Part shown: one piece after another, positions 1-12,600 of the stretch
How the letters are laid out: each line of letters opens with the position of its first letter
Numbering within the stretch: the first letter of the stretch is position 1
NCBI GenBank assembly: GCA_964016885.1
Contig: OZ024757.1
Coordinates: 4,960,001-5,024,000, forward strand
From: Eledone cirrhosa
Taxonomy: Eukaryota
DNA length: 64,000 nucleotides
Reading direction: 5' to 3'
The notes under the pieces: generated by a model
Seen by the model: only the letters and a program-made list of their open reading frames with translations
Told to the model about the DNA's origin: nothing
The model's database searches: none
Position numbers and translations under genes: made by a program

Positions 1-339
1 TATAACTTTGTGAGTAGTTAAGGTACTACGTATATTGAATGATTTACCACAGATATTGCAGTGATATGGTTTCTCTTCTCCAACCTTTGTCATCTCACCA
101 GGAATACTAAACATTTTCGATTGTGTTTCACATTTAACCGTTTCACTCGATTTATTTTCTATAATAATTTTATCTCCAACAGAATATACTTGTAATACTT
201 TTTAGATTATATTCCTAAAAAATACATCTTCTATATTTCCCGCAACTGTGATTTCAGTTAATAGTCTTCAAATGATGATAAATAGAGGTGATGTATCCGA
301 GATTGAAAATAATAATTTATCCCAATGTCATCTGGTATT
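1..339 (-). CDS. 5' part of the C2H2 zinc-finger exon of ZNF-1 (5' UTR plus start of CDS; runs off the window edge)
   Basis: Reverse complement reads ...[38 protein letters not shown], nearly identical to the N-terminus of ORF 52505-53764. Predicted acceptor TTTCAG|AATACC at 340/339. Confidence 0.8.
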
Positions 340-1154
340 CTGAAATAAGATAGAAACAGTATGAGATAATACAGAATACTTAAGAAGCAGAGATAGATTT
401 AACAGTGGAAATTTTATATTTCTATTTTGGTAAACTGTAGATATCAACTTTCCTGTCCAGAGTAATTCTCTCCAATGCAAACAGTTGTATTCCAGCATGT
501 TCTATAAATGTTATCCTTCTATCTCTAGAGAAGTCTGCTCTATGGCAGTTTAGTGAAAAATTCATTCTGATAGGACTCTCTAATATAGCAATCATCTCCT
601 CTCCTGGTGACATGACAACAACAGTTTAACTTCCATCTTTTTATTAGTAGGAGTCAATTGTTCCTCTATATCTTTTTCTTACTTCTTTTCTATCTTCCTC
701 TGGGAGAAATCAGCTGCGTTTAGACCAGGAGTTACGAGTCTATATGAATCCATACAATATCTGATTTCACTTGAAGTTTGATTCAGATCTCAATTGTGTT
801 CAGACGAGAGAGGTGATGGGCTCGATCAGGTTTTTAAATATGCCTGAGAAATACTGTATGTCACTTAGAGTACCCCTACGACTCCACTAGTGTTTCATTT
901 GTTGAGGACTAGATCTGGGTTAGCCAGCTAATTATCAGTAGAAGGGAAAACAGAGCCCTGATCCCCTCAGAAAAATCGCCTTGCTCTGTGTGCTAGAAAG
1001 GTGTAGGTAGAAATTCCATTCTCTGTCAAAAATACAAACAATGGGTACACAAGAGATGTAGTGGGATCTCAGGTAAGTTAGCTAAGAATATAGGTTTTAC
1101 ATGAGGCCATTGCACAGGAGCAGTAAGCAGCAAACATTCACAGGAAGCAACGAT

Positions 1155-1362
1155 TGACTCTCGTCAAATTGGACCGAGGAAACAATGTTTCCATTGGTCT
1201 TTCCAATTGCTAATACTATCTGTCGGTCGCAACTCCAGGTAGAAGGAGCAATGTGAAATAAAATGTCTTGCTCAAGGATATAACACATCAACCGGTCAGT
1301 GAATCGAACTCACAACCTCACGATTGCGAATCCAATTCTCTACCCACTCAGCCACACGCCTT
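1155..1362 (-). mobile_element. tRNA-derived SINE (family B)
   Basis: Minus strand has A-box-like TGGCTGAGTGG, B-box GAGTTCGATTC and body CCTTGAGCAAGACATTTTATTTCACATTGCTCC. Copies at 22330, 28670, 51293, 54980, 55900. Confidence 0.75.
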
Positions 1363-1739
1363 CACAGGAAACAAGCTCTAACAAACTGTTGGAGGGTCAC
1401 ATAGAAGAGGTAGACAGCTTCTGTTACCTGGGTGATGATATCATCAGTGGAGGTGGATGTTCTGAAAGTAGAGCAGCTTGAGTGAACATGGAATGGAAAA
1501 GGTTCAGGATGCTACTACCATGGCAACTTACTAAAGGCTTTTTCTTCAAAACAAAGGGCAGGTTGAATAATGTGTGTATACGAACAGTTTAACACACACA
1601 CACACATATATATATATATAATTGTGTGTATATGTAAATATATATACATTAAGACAATGTCACTGGACTGAGATCTTTGGCGCTACTCAGTAATACAGAA
1701 GATCCGCCTTCCCTATGTACAAAGCGAAACCTACAGTCA

Positions 1740-2108
1740 GTAGGCACTTCTTAACTAAATATACACCCCCATCCCCCTACCCCCACCCATCAACACCAAC
1801 CTTTCTCTGTAAAGTTATGTTGGTACCACAACATCCAGTCCTAAATAAATGAGATCGTGTAGGTGTCACGACAAAAAAACACATAGTCCACGCTGTAATA
1901 TGGCCGTGTAGGTAACATGGTAAAAACCTCCCAGTCCACACTGTAAACATGGTTGGTGTTAGGAAGGATATCCAGCCATAGAAAACCCGCCATCTAGTCC
2001 TATACAAGTGAAATACGGTCACCCGACCAATCTTGCCTCAAGTGGGACAATTCCCGTCTAAACCCATGCCAGCGTGGAAGGTAGACGTTAAACAATGATG
2101 ATGATGAC
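1740..2108 (+). mobile_element. RTE-associated 3' end repeat with (GAT)n tail
   Basis: GTTGGTGTTAGGAAGG..ATCCAGC motif then AACCCATGCCAGCGTGGAA..GACGTTAAAC(GAT)n. Homologues at 18700-19050, 21850-22095, 48690-49070, 56290-57150. Confidence 0.6.
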
Positions 2109-2179
2109 AAGCAATATATATAATCTAAGTAGAATGGTATAATGAAAGCATATAATGTAGGTACAGCAGTATTCTCATA

Positions 2180-3632
2180 AATTGCTACAAAGGTAAAGGG
2201 GATGCTCTAGAGAGGAGCATAAAGCTGATGGATCAGGTTATGAAAGTGGCAGAGAGAATATTAGCGCAGCTGATTAGGGAAAGGGTTAATTTAGATGAGA
2301 TGCAGTTTGGTTTTGTGCCTCGGAAAAGTACAACAGAACCCCTCTTCTTAGTGAGGCAACTACAAGAGAGGTTCTTAGAGAAGAATAAGTCACTATACAT
2401 AGCTTTTGTTGACCTAGAGGGCCTTTGATAGGGTACCCTGATCTGTCATCTGGTGGTCCCTAAGGAAACTAGGTGTAGAGGAATGGCTTGTGAGGACAGT
2501 GCTAGCTATGTACAGGGGTGCTGTCAGTAAAGTGAGGGTAGGAATGGAGTTTAGTGAGGAATTCCAGATACAAGTAGGTGTACGTCAAGGTTCGGCCCTC
2601 AGCCCACTCTTGTTCGTTATAGGCCTAAAAGCCATAACAGAGGAGTTTAAGACTGGATGCCCATGGGAACTTCTCTATGCTGATGATCTGGTTCTTATAG
2701 CAGAATCAGTGAATCAGTAGAGGGGTTAGAGAATAAATTCTGGCTATGGAAATAGCTGTTGGAATCAAGAGGCCTGAGAGTGAACATAGCTTAAACAAAA
2801 GTGTTGATGAGTAGAAAAGAGGACAAAACTCTGATTCCATTGTGGAAATGGCCATGTTCGATATGTGGGAAAGGAACTGGCATAAATTCCATAAAATGTA
2901 CGCAATGTAGATGTTGGGTACACAAGAGATGTAGTGGGATAGCAGGCAAACCAACAGGTAGGGATAACTATGTATGCAGTAGATGTGCAGGGAAAGTTGG
3001 CAGTAGTAATCGCAGTGATAAACACATTTTTCAAATACAGGTGGGTTCTATAGATGTGGTTGATAGCTTCCGGTACCTAGGTGATCAGATTAGCATGGGA
3101 GGGGTGTTCCGAGGCCATAGTATCTAGAATAAGGACGAGTTGGAAGAAGTTGAGGGAGCTGCTTTCTCTGTTGACAAAGAAGTGTTTCTCTCTGCATATG
3201 AAAGGATGGTTATATGATGCCTGTGTGAGATGTGCGATGCTTCATGGTAGTAAGACATGGGCAGCAACTGCAAAGGATATGTGACGGCTGGAGAGAAGCA
3301 AGCATGCTCCGTTGGATGTGCAATGTCAATGTGTGTGAATGACCAAGCATAGACGAGTTGAGAAAGAAACTGGGTATAAGAGGGATAGGTTGTGGTGTGC
3401 AAGAGAGAAGACTGAGATGGTATAGACATGTGACTACTGGGTAAAGAAGTGCCAAATAATCCCAGTAGTAGGAAGACGCAGAAGAGGTAGACCACGTAGA
3501 ACATGGGCGGAGGTGGTGAGAGAAGACCTCAGATCGCTGAAACTCACCGAGGAGATGACAAGTGGGGAGTTGCTGTGCTGAATAGGACCCGTCCCACCCT
3601 TGCAAGCAGGGAAAAACGGACGTAAAATGATG
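2180..3632 (+). mobile_element. Decayed 5'-truncated RTE-clade LINE (RT, Cys-rich region, C-terminus)
   Basis: ORF fragments QFGFVPRKSTT, AFVDLE, GVRQGSALSPLLF, ELLYADDLVL, WPCSICGKG..CTQC, MLHGS.TW, RGRPRRTW. Frameshifts and stops, short GAT tail. Confidence 0.9.
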
Positions 3633-3780
3633 ATATATATACTAGTATTCAAGATAAGATTGTTAGAACTCATTGCAGCCTTGAAGAGATGGTTTCAACA
3701 AGATTGGGTGATGAAAGTTATAGTTTTTGTAGTAGGATCTTATCACATAAGGTTTCTTCAAAGATTCTTCTAGAGTTACA

Positions 3781-4097
3781 GTCATTTATATATATGTGTG
3801 TGTTTTGAACAATGAAAATAAAACTAGAGACAAAGATATGTTCTTGATTAGTTCATTGTTTTACGATCATTTCAGAGGTTTGATTGATCATGATAGATTG
3901 ATATATTGACAAACAGGTAGTTGTTATGTCACTAACTATTTCTAGTCTCAAAATCCCTGATCAATCACACCGTATCAATATATTGATTTACCATGATCAA
4001 TTAACCCTCTGAAACGATTGTAAAACAATGAACCATATCTCAGACTTTTGTTTTATTTTAAATGTTCAATACCCACAAACACACATATATAATTGAC
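3781..4097. mobile_element. MITE-like imperfect inverted repeat
   Basis: GTTCATTGTTTTACGATCATTTCAGAGG pairs with CCTCTGAAACGATTGTAAAACAATGAAC, and the outer arms also pair. Mirrored at 46145-46465. Confidence 0.55.
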
Positions 4098-4389
4098 AAT
4101 TTCTTTGGAATAATTGATAAGACTTGGGGCTGGAACAAAGTACCAGCCAGACAGAAGGTAACCTAGTGGTGAAACAGCACAGTAGATAGAGCTATTAACC
4201 CTGTAGCATTTACATTACTCTATATTTACTATTATATTTTCATGGTAAAGTCTTTATGTCACATAATATTGAATCTATGAGACTTTGATATTACTTATTT
4301 TGAGGACAATACATTAACATCAATATGAGCAGCGAGTTACAGCCGGTTTGAAGAGGAGGAGGTGAGAGAACTCTGGCTGGATACGGCCA

Positions 4390-5526
4390 GTTTAAATGAT
4401 AAAGGGTTAAAGATAAGTGACAGGCATGGAAAGACTGGAAAAATAAGGGTATCAGACCAGGACGTGGTAGCTAAGAGAGAAGCTAGAAGACAGGTATACA
4501 TAACACAGAGAGAGGCTGAAAAAAGAAAGTTTGCCAACGTTTTGAGACGTGAGAATCAGAAGTGTGAAGTGTTCCACATTGCAAGACAGGGAAAGGTGTG
4601 TTAAAAATGACACTGGTACACTTAGCACCACTGATACTCAAAAGAAAGAGGCCTGGAAATGTTACTATGAGAGATTGATGAATGTAGAGAATAAATTAAG
4701 AAGCAATCTTAGACTTTTGTTTTATGTTCATTGTTCAACACACATACACATATAATTGACATTTTCTTTGGAATTACAGATGAAACTTGTTAGTGACACA
4801 ACTACAAGAGAGGTTCCTAGCCAAGATTAAGCTGCAATATTTAGCTTTTATAGACCTAGAAAAGGCCTTATAGCTGAATCCATAAAAGAAATAGAGAATA
4901 AGTGAGCCTACTGCGCATGTAGGAAAGAAGTAGGCATAAACTGTACACAATTATAGCTTCCGGTATGTAGGTAACCAAATAAGTAGCGGAGGAGGGTGCC
5001 TCATAAGAGAGGATAGGATTGAAGTTTAGAGAGCTACTTACACTGTTGGCAAATAAAGTTTCTCCCTACGTACAAAGATGTTGGCTGTACAATGCCTGTG
5101 TGTAAAGTGCAATACTGCATGGAAGTGAAACATGGGCAGTAACTGCAGAAGACATGCATAAGCTGGAGAGAAATGGAGCAACCATGCTTCGTTGGGTGTG
5201 CGAGGAAGGCAGAGCTTGGATAAATTGACGAAGAATTTGGACTTCAGAGGAAACCGAAGTGGTGTGCAAGAAAGAAGACTGCTTTGGTAGGGATATGTCA
5301 TATGCGTGGATGGTGATCACTGGTTAAAGAAGTGCCACGGAATACCAGAGGAGGGAAGCCATACTAGAGGGAGACCAGGGTAGATGTGGTGAGAGTTGAT
5401 CTCAAATTGCTGAGACTCACTGAGAATATGACGAAGGAACAAGCGAGTGGGGAGATGCTGTGCTTAAAAGGACCCATCCAACCCATGCCAGGACTTAAAA
5501 ACGGACGTAAAACTATTATGATGATG
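4390..5526 (+). mobile_element. Fragmented RTE LINE
   Basis: AKREARRQVY, KKEAWKCYYERLMNVEN, LAFIDLEKA, LHGSETW remnants ending in AAAACGGACGTAAAAC..(GAT)n. Mirrored at 44526-45830. Confidence 0.75.
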
Positions 5527-5590
5527 TAGATGAAGTAAATTATATCAAAATAGATTTAGACTAAAAGGAACAAAACTTCCCTGAATCAAC

Positions 5591-5910
5591 AACAAGGTAC
5601 AGCTAAATATAAACTATATTTTATAATGTAAGGTAGTGAACCACATAATTAAATAGACGGAGGTAATTTAAATAATAAATATAGCTTTAATTTACTTAAA
5701 GCAATAACAAGGTACAGCTAAATATAAACTATATTTTATAATGTAAGGTAGTGAACCACATAATTAAATAGACGGAGGTAATTTAAATAATAAATATATC
5801 TTTAATTTACTTAAAGCAATGACAAGGTACAGTTAAATATAAACTATATTTTATAATGTAAGGTAGTGAACCACATAATTAAATAGACGGGGGTAATTTA
5901 AATAATAAAG
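5591..5910. repeat. 115-bp tandem repeat, about 2.8 copies
   Basis: Units start ACAAGGTACAG at about 5591, 5706 and 5821. About 2 copies in the duplicate at 43130-43330. Confidence 0.85.
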
Positions 5911-6046
5911 ACAGTCATGATAACAATATATTTTATATCACATGTAACAGTGGAATCTGGTTAATTACTGGATCGTTGTAGGGTTCACATAATTATATTA
6001 TTTACACACATTAATATAGACATTAAGTAAATCTTTGTCAACTTAC

Positions 6047-6245
6047 CTCCTTCAGATATAATCAATGTGTTGTGTTGTTAGTTTTTACTAAACAACCAAA
6101 GAAATAATCTCTTTGTTATCAAATTAGAAGTTTCAATGTTATCAGCTTTATTTCACGACATTAACGTTGGTGTATCTTCTTCATCTTTAGTCATAAATTG
6201 ATATCTTGTCAGAATGAAGTAGTGAGGCTGACTTTATGTCTTTAG
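6047..6245 (-). other. Predicted non-coding 5' exon of ZNF-1
   Basis: 199 nt bounded by CTGTAG| acceptor and GAG|GTAAGT donor. Both sites are conserved in four paralogous copies. Confidence 0.6.
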
Positions 6246-6842
6246 CTACAGATTAGATAGGAAATATATATATATTAGGTTGATATGTGGTCTAAAATAT
6301 ATATATTGTCTATAAATGACTGATAGCAGATGTTCTGGTGAAATAGTAGTTTTACTACTACAGATTGTAATGGAACTCTTAGTAGACACAATTGTAAAGT
6401 AAGAATAGATATGACAGTGTAAGACTGATGTCCTCGAATTAAAATTGTGTGTATATATATATATAATTGTTACACAAGATATAATTAGATTAATTAAAGT
6501 TATAATGAAGACAGCAGGAACTCGGTGTCATTGAGAATGTTTCAACTGTCGTACCGGTGTCACACGTCAAAAGTCCCTGATATAATTTAATACCTTCAGA
6601 CACAGGTCCAATCGTATTTACTTGATTGTAAATCAGAAAGTATCACTCAATAAAATATCAATTATATATCAATTATATATCAATAAGAAAACCTCTACGT
6701 AGTCTCTCTAACTGCTAGAAATAGCAGCGATATTATCCAATACAACTGTTCTCTCTCTATATATATATCTATATATATACACACATATATATGTACGTAT
6801 GTATGTAAATGTGTATACAACTCTTATGTGTATGTATATGTA

Positions 6843-7317
6843 TAAACAACTATTTTATGGAGAGTTAGTTAAAGGAAAACGACCTCCACATAAACCAAAA
6901 AAGAGGTATAAGGATTCCTTGAAAGCCTCTTTGAAAGACGCTAACATCTCTGCTGATACATGGGAAAATGTTGCTGCTGATCGTAATGTGGGATGTGAGG
7001 AAGGGCATTACCGTTGCATTTGCAGCGTCTGTGCGAGATTTTGCCTCAGCAAAGCTGGACTCGAAAGTCATCTTCGCAGTCACAAAGTAAGACCAGTGGT
7101 TGACTACCAGGCTGCTGTTGGAGATGCTACTCATCATGCCTGCCAAGCATGTGGTAGAGAATGTAAATCAGCAGGAGGGCTCAAACGACATGCAAAAGTA
7201 CATCAACTCCAGCCACAGCCGGCTATTCCCAGTGAATGTTTTGGTTGCCAACTCTGTGCAAGACATTTTAGATCATTGGCCGGGTTAAAAAGCCACATTC
7301 GATCGCAGCGCTGTTAG
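6843..7317 (+). mobile_element. 3' end of an RTE-type LINE ORF with three C2H2-like fingers
   Basis: KQLFYGEL..GKR....PKKRYKDSLK is a typical RTE C-terminal motif. It is followed by CSVC..GLESHLRSH, CQAC..GLKRHAKVH and CQLC..GLKSHIRS. Confidence 0.75.
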
Positions 7318-7549
7318 TTGCTTATCACACGTGTATGTGTGTGTAGATATATATATATATACGTGTGTTTCATCTTTCGGAGAAAATTTTCTCACTGGGG
7401 TGTCCTCATCAAAATACATCTTCCACTCTTGTCTTGCCATTGTCTGTTGTTTTTCTACGTCTTCATAAATTCTGGTCAGTATTTACTGCTACACAGGTCA
7501 GCAGCCATTCTCCATCCGACACACTTCAATGGAGCCATGCTGTGTTTGG

Positions 7550-8215
7550 TATCTCACACGTCTGTTCACACTCGCGAGCATGTATACACACATACACCTG
7601 CATGCATACACACATGTACGCACAGATGTGTAGGCACACACATCCCCGTACAAATATATACCCACACACACACTCTCCCTCTCTTACACATACCCAAGCA
7701 CACCCAAAACTACACCACCACAGGTCTACTGGCCCCTGCCTCCATGGCTCTCACATCCTGACTCACACGCACGCACAAGCGCAGACACACACGTACACAC
7801 ATGCAAGGGCACATCTGCACATATATACACAAGCACTCACAGACACATACATGGACACACATACGCACATACATGCATATTCTTATGGCTAGGCAACAAA
7901 GACAGACACACTTCTAAAGATATAAGTACAGATACACACACAGATATACAGACCTGTACACATATCTACACACAGGTACATGTACCCGCATATAAACAAA
8001 CCCTATCCTATGCGGGTGTACGTACGCACACACACACTGACATATAGATACATCATGTATATATGTGTGTGTACACACACACACATATATAAACATATAC
8101 ATATGTGTATACATACACACATACTTATAGACACATATGTCTATATGTGTACACACACAAACGTATATACACACACATACATATATATTATTATTGTTGT
8201 TGTTGTCATTATTAT
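7550..8215. repeat. (CA/TA)-rich low-complexity microsatellite region
   Basis: Degenerate CA/TA dinucleotide runs. The complementary (TG/TA) tract lies at 8790-9140. Confidence 0.8.
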
Positions 8216-8217
8216 TA

Positions 8218-8735
8218 GGGCGGTGGATTGGTAGTATCGGTAGAGGGTCGGACGCCATGCTTTGACGCATAGAGTTACGGCCCTTGCTATTCTGAGTTCA
8301 AATCCCGCCGAGGTTAACTTTATAGCGAGAATACTGGGTTGTATGAATGTAACAAGGAATACATTGTTTGTGTAGATATATATTTAATTAACAATGGTAG
8401 ATAGTATAGTTGACATGTCAATAGGAATAGATGTTAGAATGAAACAAAGTTAGTAGTTACCGTTTTGATTGCCAGGCAAACGTGGCTGGCAGAGGACGCC
8501 TGGCTAAAGCCAGGGCGCCGGAAGGGCAATGAGAGAAAGAGAGCTTAAAGTTGTTAGTTTTATAGGGCTCTGACCGGAAGTTACAGAAAGGGCCCCACTT
8601 CCCGTCCAGACGTTAATCCAAACAAGGGAGACAACCGCTACAACTTTGCCTTTCATCCTTACGGGGTTGATAAAATAAAGTACCAGTAATGCACTGGTAT
8701 AATTGCTGGCCTTGTGCCAAAAGTAGAAACAATTA
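8218..8735 (+). mobile_element. tRNA-derived SINE (family A) interrupted by a solo LTR
   Basis: B-box GAGTTCAAATCC, then GAGGTTAACTT|insert|TGCCTTTCATCCTTACGGGGTTGATAAAATAAAGTACCAG. Uninterrupted copies at 29244-29362, 41858-42000 and 63700-63797, and a 3' piece at 9161-9255. Confidence 0.8.
8321..8642. mobile_element. Putative solo LTR (322 bp) with 4-bp TSD ACTT
   Basis: Ends TATAGCG...CGCTACA (TG..CA-type termini, one substitution). ACTT at 8317-8320 and 8643-8646. Removing it restores the SINE sequence seen at 29262. Confidence 0.7.
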
Positions 8736-9572
8736 TTATTGTTGTTTTTTTCTCGTGCAATGGCCATACTCGATAACGAGGGGGCAGCCATCATATATGG
8801 GTATGTATGAGTGTGTATGTGTGTTTACACGTATGTATGGTGTGTATATATACATAGGGTTTTGGTATATATATGTTTGGTGAACATGTGTATTTACCTG
8901 TAGGTATGTGTGAGTGTGCGTTCTATACGCATTTATGCGTGTATATTTATATATGTATATATAATTATATGTATATACACACATATTTATATGTGTATTT
9001 GGTGTATATGTCCGTACGTGTGCAGGTATATGTGTCGCACCGGTTTACGTCTGTGTGTGCGTCTTTATGAGTACGTGCATGTATATGGATGCATGCCGTG
9101 AGTTTTCGCATATGCACGTGTATAAATGTGTGTATGTATATATTTAATTATTATTACTTGTTGACTTTGCCTTTCATCCTTACGGGGTCGATAAAATAAA
9201 GTACCAGTAATGCACTGGGTGATTGCTGGCTTTGTGCCTAAAGTAGAAACAATTATTACTTTTATGATTTTAATAACCTCTGTCATTTTCGTTCTACTAA
9301 TTTATTTACATTATTCTGAACTCCGACGCCGAGAATCATACAGTTTTCTAAATAATATATTAGTCTACGACTCCATTTATACCATAAACGTGGTTTTGTC
9401 TTTACGTGTAATTGTTGTCACCTCTCCACATAACGACGTATTATCTTCTCTTTTTTCCGTTCATTGCCAGGAAATATTTACTTTTTCGGTCATGGATTGA
9501 TTTTTTTTTTAGTTTCAGAAGATCCCGTTAAGGGGGAAAGCAGCGATTCTTTGCTTAAACTATAATCTGTTA

Positions 9573-9611
<39 letters not shown>

Positions 9612-9615
<4 letters not shown>

Positions 9616-12600
9616 GGTTTTGGATGCTTAAAGCGTCCATATGCAGTAGGCGGTTTGAGCACTCGATGCTCTCATAGAGCAGAGTATATCACAGAAAAAG
9701 TGAGAATCAGTGTTGCGATGAGTGGAATTTAGTGGACATATTACAATCGTTTCTCTGGCGACCAGCTCTGGGTACAATCGATGTGATGATCGAACCTGAA
9801 AATCTCAAGGTCCTCAGATACGTCTTGATTCTATTTGAAAAGATGATGGATTTCACACATGGTCAGGTCACCAGTTGGTGCTACTGGTAACATGTATCCC
9901 AGTACAACCTGTCTCATGGTCGGGTCGTTGGCGACTAAACTGGCAACCCCACCAAGGTTTCTTAGTGAGGAGTGTGACTTTGGACATCCTGCAGGACTAA
10001 AAATAAAACCTGTCGAAGGGCAAATGAACTCCTGGGAGCTCTTAAGAGCTCTTGGAGTCAATGGCCATCCAAAACCAGCACGGCCCGCCGAAAAGTCAAC
10101 TTCCTGCTACTAGTATGCTGGTAAGCTAGTACAACGTATCTCCAGGCGGATAGAGTGGGTCCGTAGCTTTGGTTGGCGACTACTCTAGTGCTTGCAACAC
10201 GAACAATTAGGGCGAGGGTATAAATACCAGGTTGGTATCTGGCGCCGGGTAACCCACCACACGGAGGAGAAAGCACCTTCTTCAAGACTTGGCTGTCAAA
10301 TTCTTTCACATGTGTGTAGTAGTGGCGCCCACACACATTATTAGCTATTTGAAAAGATGATGGATTTCACAATTAACTGCACCAGGGTTCCTGTTCCTCA
10401 GGGAACCACACTGTATGGTATACCTGTTGATATAGGTCCAGCCCCTGCATTCCCAGGTCCTGTTTCTGATCATAATGCACCTACAAAGGCATCGAATGAT
10501 GATGAATCCTCAAATCTCAAGGGACGGGTTTCATCTGATGGAGAAGAAACAGGTCCTAACCAAACAACAAGCAAATCTCGCTTAGTTAGCTGTAAAAAGC
10601 AAATAATAGTTAGCTCCTTGAACACCAGAACCCTCCTTCCAACAGGTAGACTCCAGGAGCTGGCAGAGAATGCCAAACTTCAGAACATTGACATCCTTGC
10701 AGTCCAAGAACACCGCTTTTTCCACCCAAAGGATGATCTCAAGTATCACACCCTAGGATCCTACCAACTTGTCACCTCTTCAGCCACCAAGAACCCTGTC
10801 AATGCCTCCGTCGGAGGAGTCGGCTGCCTTCTCTCATCTAAAGCCAGCAATAATCTTCTGGGGATTAAAACAATCTCTCCCAGAATCTTGGTGCTTACAC
10901 TAGAGGGCAATCCTAGAACCACTGAGATATGTGTATACAGTCCTCATAACGCCTCTCCTGAGGATGAGGTAAGAGAATTCTACACGACCCTTCGCACAGT
11001 TGTTGAGCAAGTAGCCTTACACAACTTTCTTATCATCGCTGGAGACCTCAACGCTCAACTTGGCCCGGATGAAGTAAAGTTCATATACAATAGGGTTACT
11101 AACCGAAACGGGGAATATCTCAAGGACTTCATGGAAGAATTCAGTCTATTCAGCTCAAACAACAGCTTCATGAAAACCAGAGGCCGGCTTTAGACCTTCG
11201 AATACCCAAACCAAAAACGAGCTCAGATTGACTATTTGATATTTCGCAAGAAATGGAGAAACTCAATCAAAGATTCTAGATCTTATTCCTCCTTTAGCTC
11301 TGTTGGCTCAGATCATCGAGTCATCTTCGCAACAATCAAACTTAGCCTAGGATATCCAAGAGGGCCGAACCTCACCCCATGAAAAGAATAGACTGGAAAG
11401 CCGTTTCTTCCAAAAAACAACTATCCAATAGCTTCACGCTTCAAGTCTATAACAGATTTCAATCTCTCTCAACTTCTGACATCAATGACGATAATATTGA
11501 GGATGTGTATGACTGTCTTAAGCAATCAACAGAGGAAGTTGCACTTGCCACCCTACCTAAAAGGAAAAACCGAAGCCAAATGAAACCGAGTGCCTCAGAG
11601 AAGGTAGTTGAGGCAAGGGCCCATCTTAGGTCAATATCCCAATCTCACCATCAATCACCATCTCAAGGGGAAAAGATACAGCTTATCATGGCCAAAAAAT
11701 CACTAGACGACGCTTATCTTAATGCTGAAGCCAACTATATCTCAGGTAGGATTGATCAGCTATCGCAACATCACATCAGCAAACACCATCATCTTGCTTG
11801 GAAGGTTGTCAAAGATCTTTCAGGCAAAAACTCAAACTCTGCAGTTAGAATCAAGGGAGGCTCTGCCAAAAAACGCCTTGAAAATTGGTCTGCTCATTTT
11901 AAAAACCTTCTAGGGAAAAAGCCAGACTCCCTGATAACTATCAACTGCCATCCGTTCAGGTTTCAGAGCCTTTAGGAATCAACACCTCTCCTTTCACCAT
12001 GCCTGAGCTCAAAGAAGCCATCAAACAGCTCAAAGCCTCAAAAGCCTTTGGGCCGGATAATATACCTACCCTGATTTGGAAGGAGGAGCATTTCACATCC
12101 TTTTGCTCAACTTATGTAACCATACTTTCGAGACCAATAAACCACCTAGCGTCTGGCATGCAGCTCAAATTATCCCCATGCCCAAAAAAGGAGATCTTTC
12201 TTTAGCCACCAACTATAGAGGAATTTCTCTCATGGCAATTGCTGCAAAAATATACAACAAGCTTCTTCTTAACCGCTTAATCCCATTTCTTGAGCCAATC
12301 CTTCGTAACAACCAGAATGGATTTAGGAGAGGTAGATCAACACTTAACCAGATTCTCTGCCTTCGCCGACTTATAGAGGAGTCCCAAAACCGCAATCTAG
12401 ACCTTGCACTCATCTTTGTTGATTTTTCAAAAGCCTTCAACTCAGTTGACAGGTCGGGGATGTTTGAAATTCTACAACTTTATGGGATTCCTGATAAAAT
12501 CATCGCGGCCATACGTGTAAGGTATACAGATACCAAATCAACTGTCCTGACCCCAGATGGGGAAACACCACCTTTCTCAATCCTCGCTGGAATTTTACAG

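Larger units (their letters stand above)
1..6740 (-). repeat. Left arm of a large inverted segmental duplication (partner 42305-52654)
   Basis: Colinear reverse-complement match throughout. Near-identical ORF pairs: 422-613/52042-52233, 2490-2720/48062-48292, 2801-3127/47622-47981, 4549-4755/45490-45696. Confidence 0.95.

Noticed and set aside
422-613. 63-aa ORF conserved with 52042-52233
   Set aside because: Conservation is explained by the recent duplication. It lies in the predicted intron and has no recognisable domain.
7318-9140. His/Thr/Tyr/Val/Cys-rich ORFs
   Set aside because: Translations of CA/TG/TA microsatellites. The same applies to the ORFs at 27667-27964 and 62990-63425.
11191-11193. 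TAG at a Trp position in the LINE as an editing or readthrough site
   Set aside because: The element has further frameshifts and stops, so ordinary G>A decay is sufficient.
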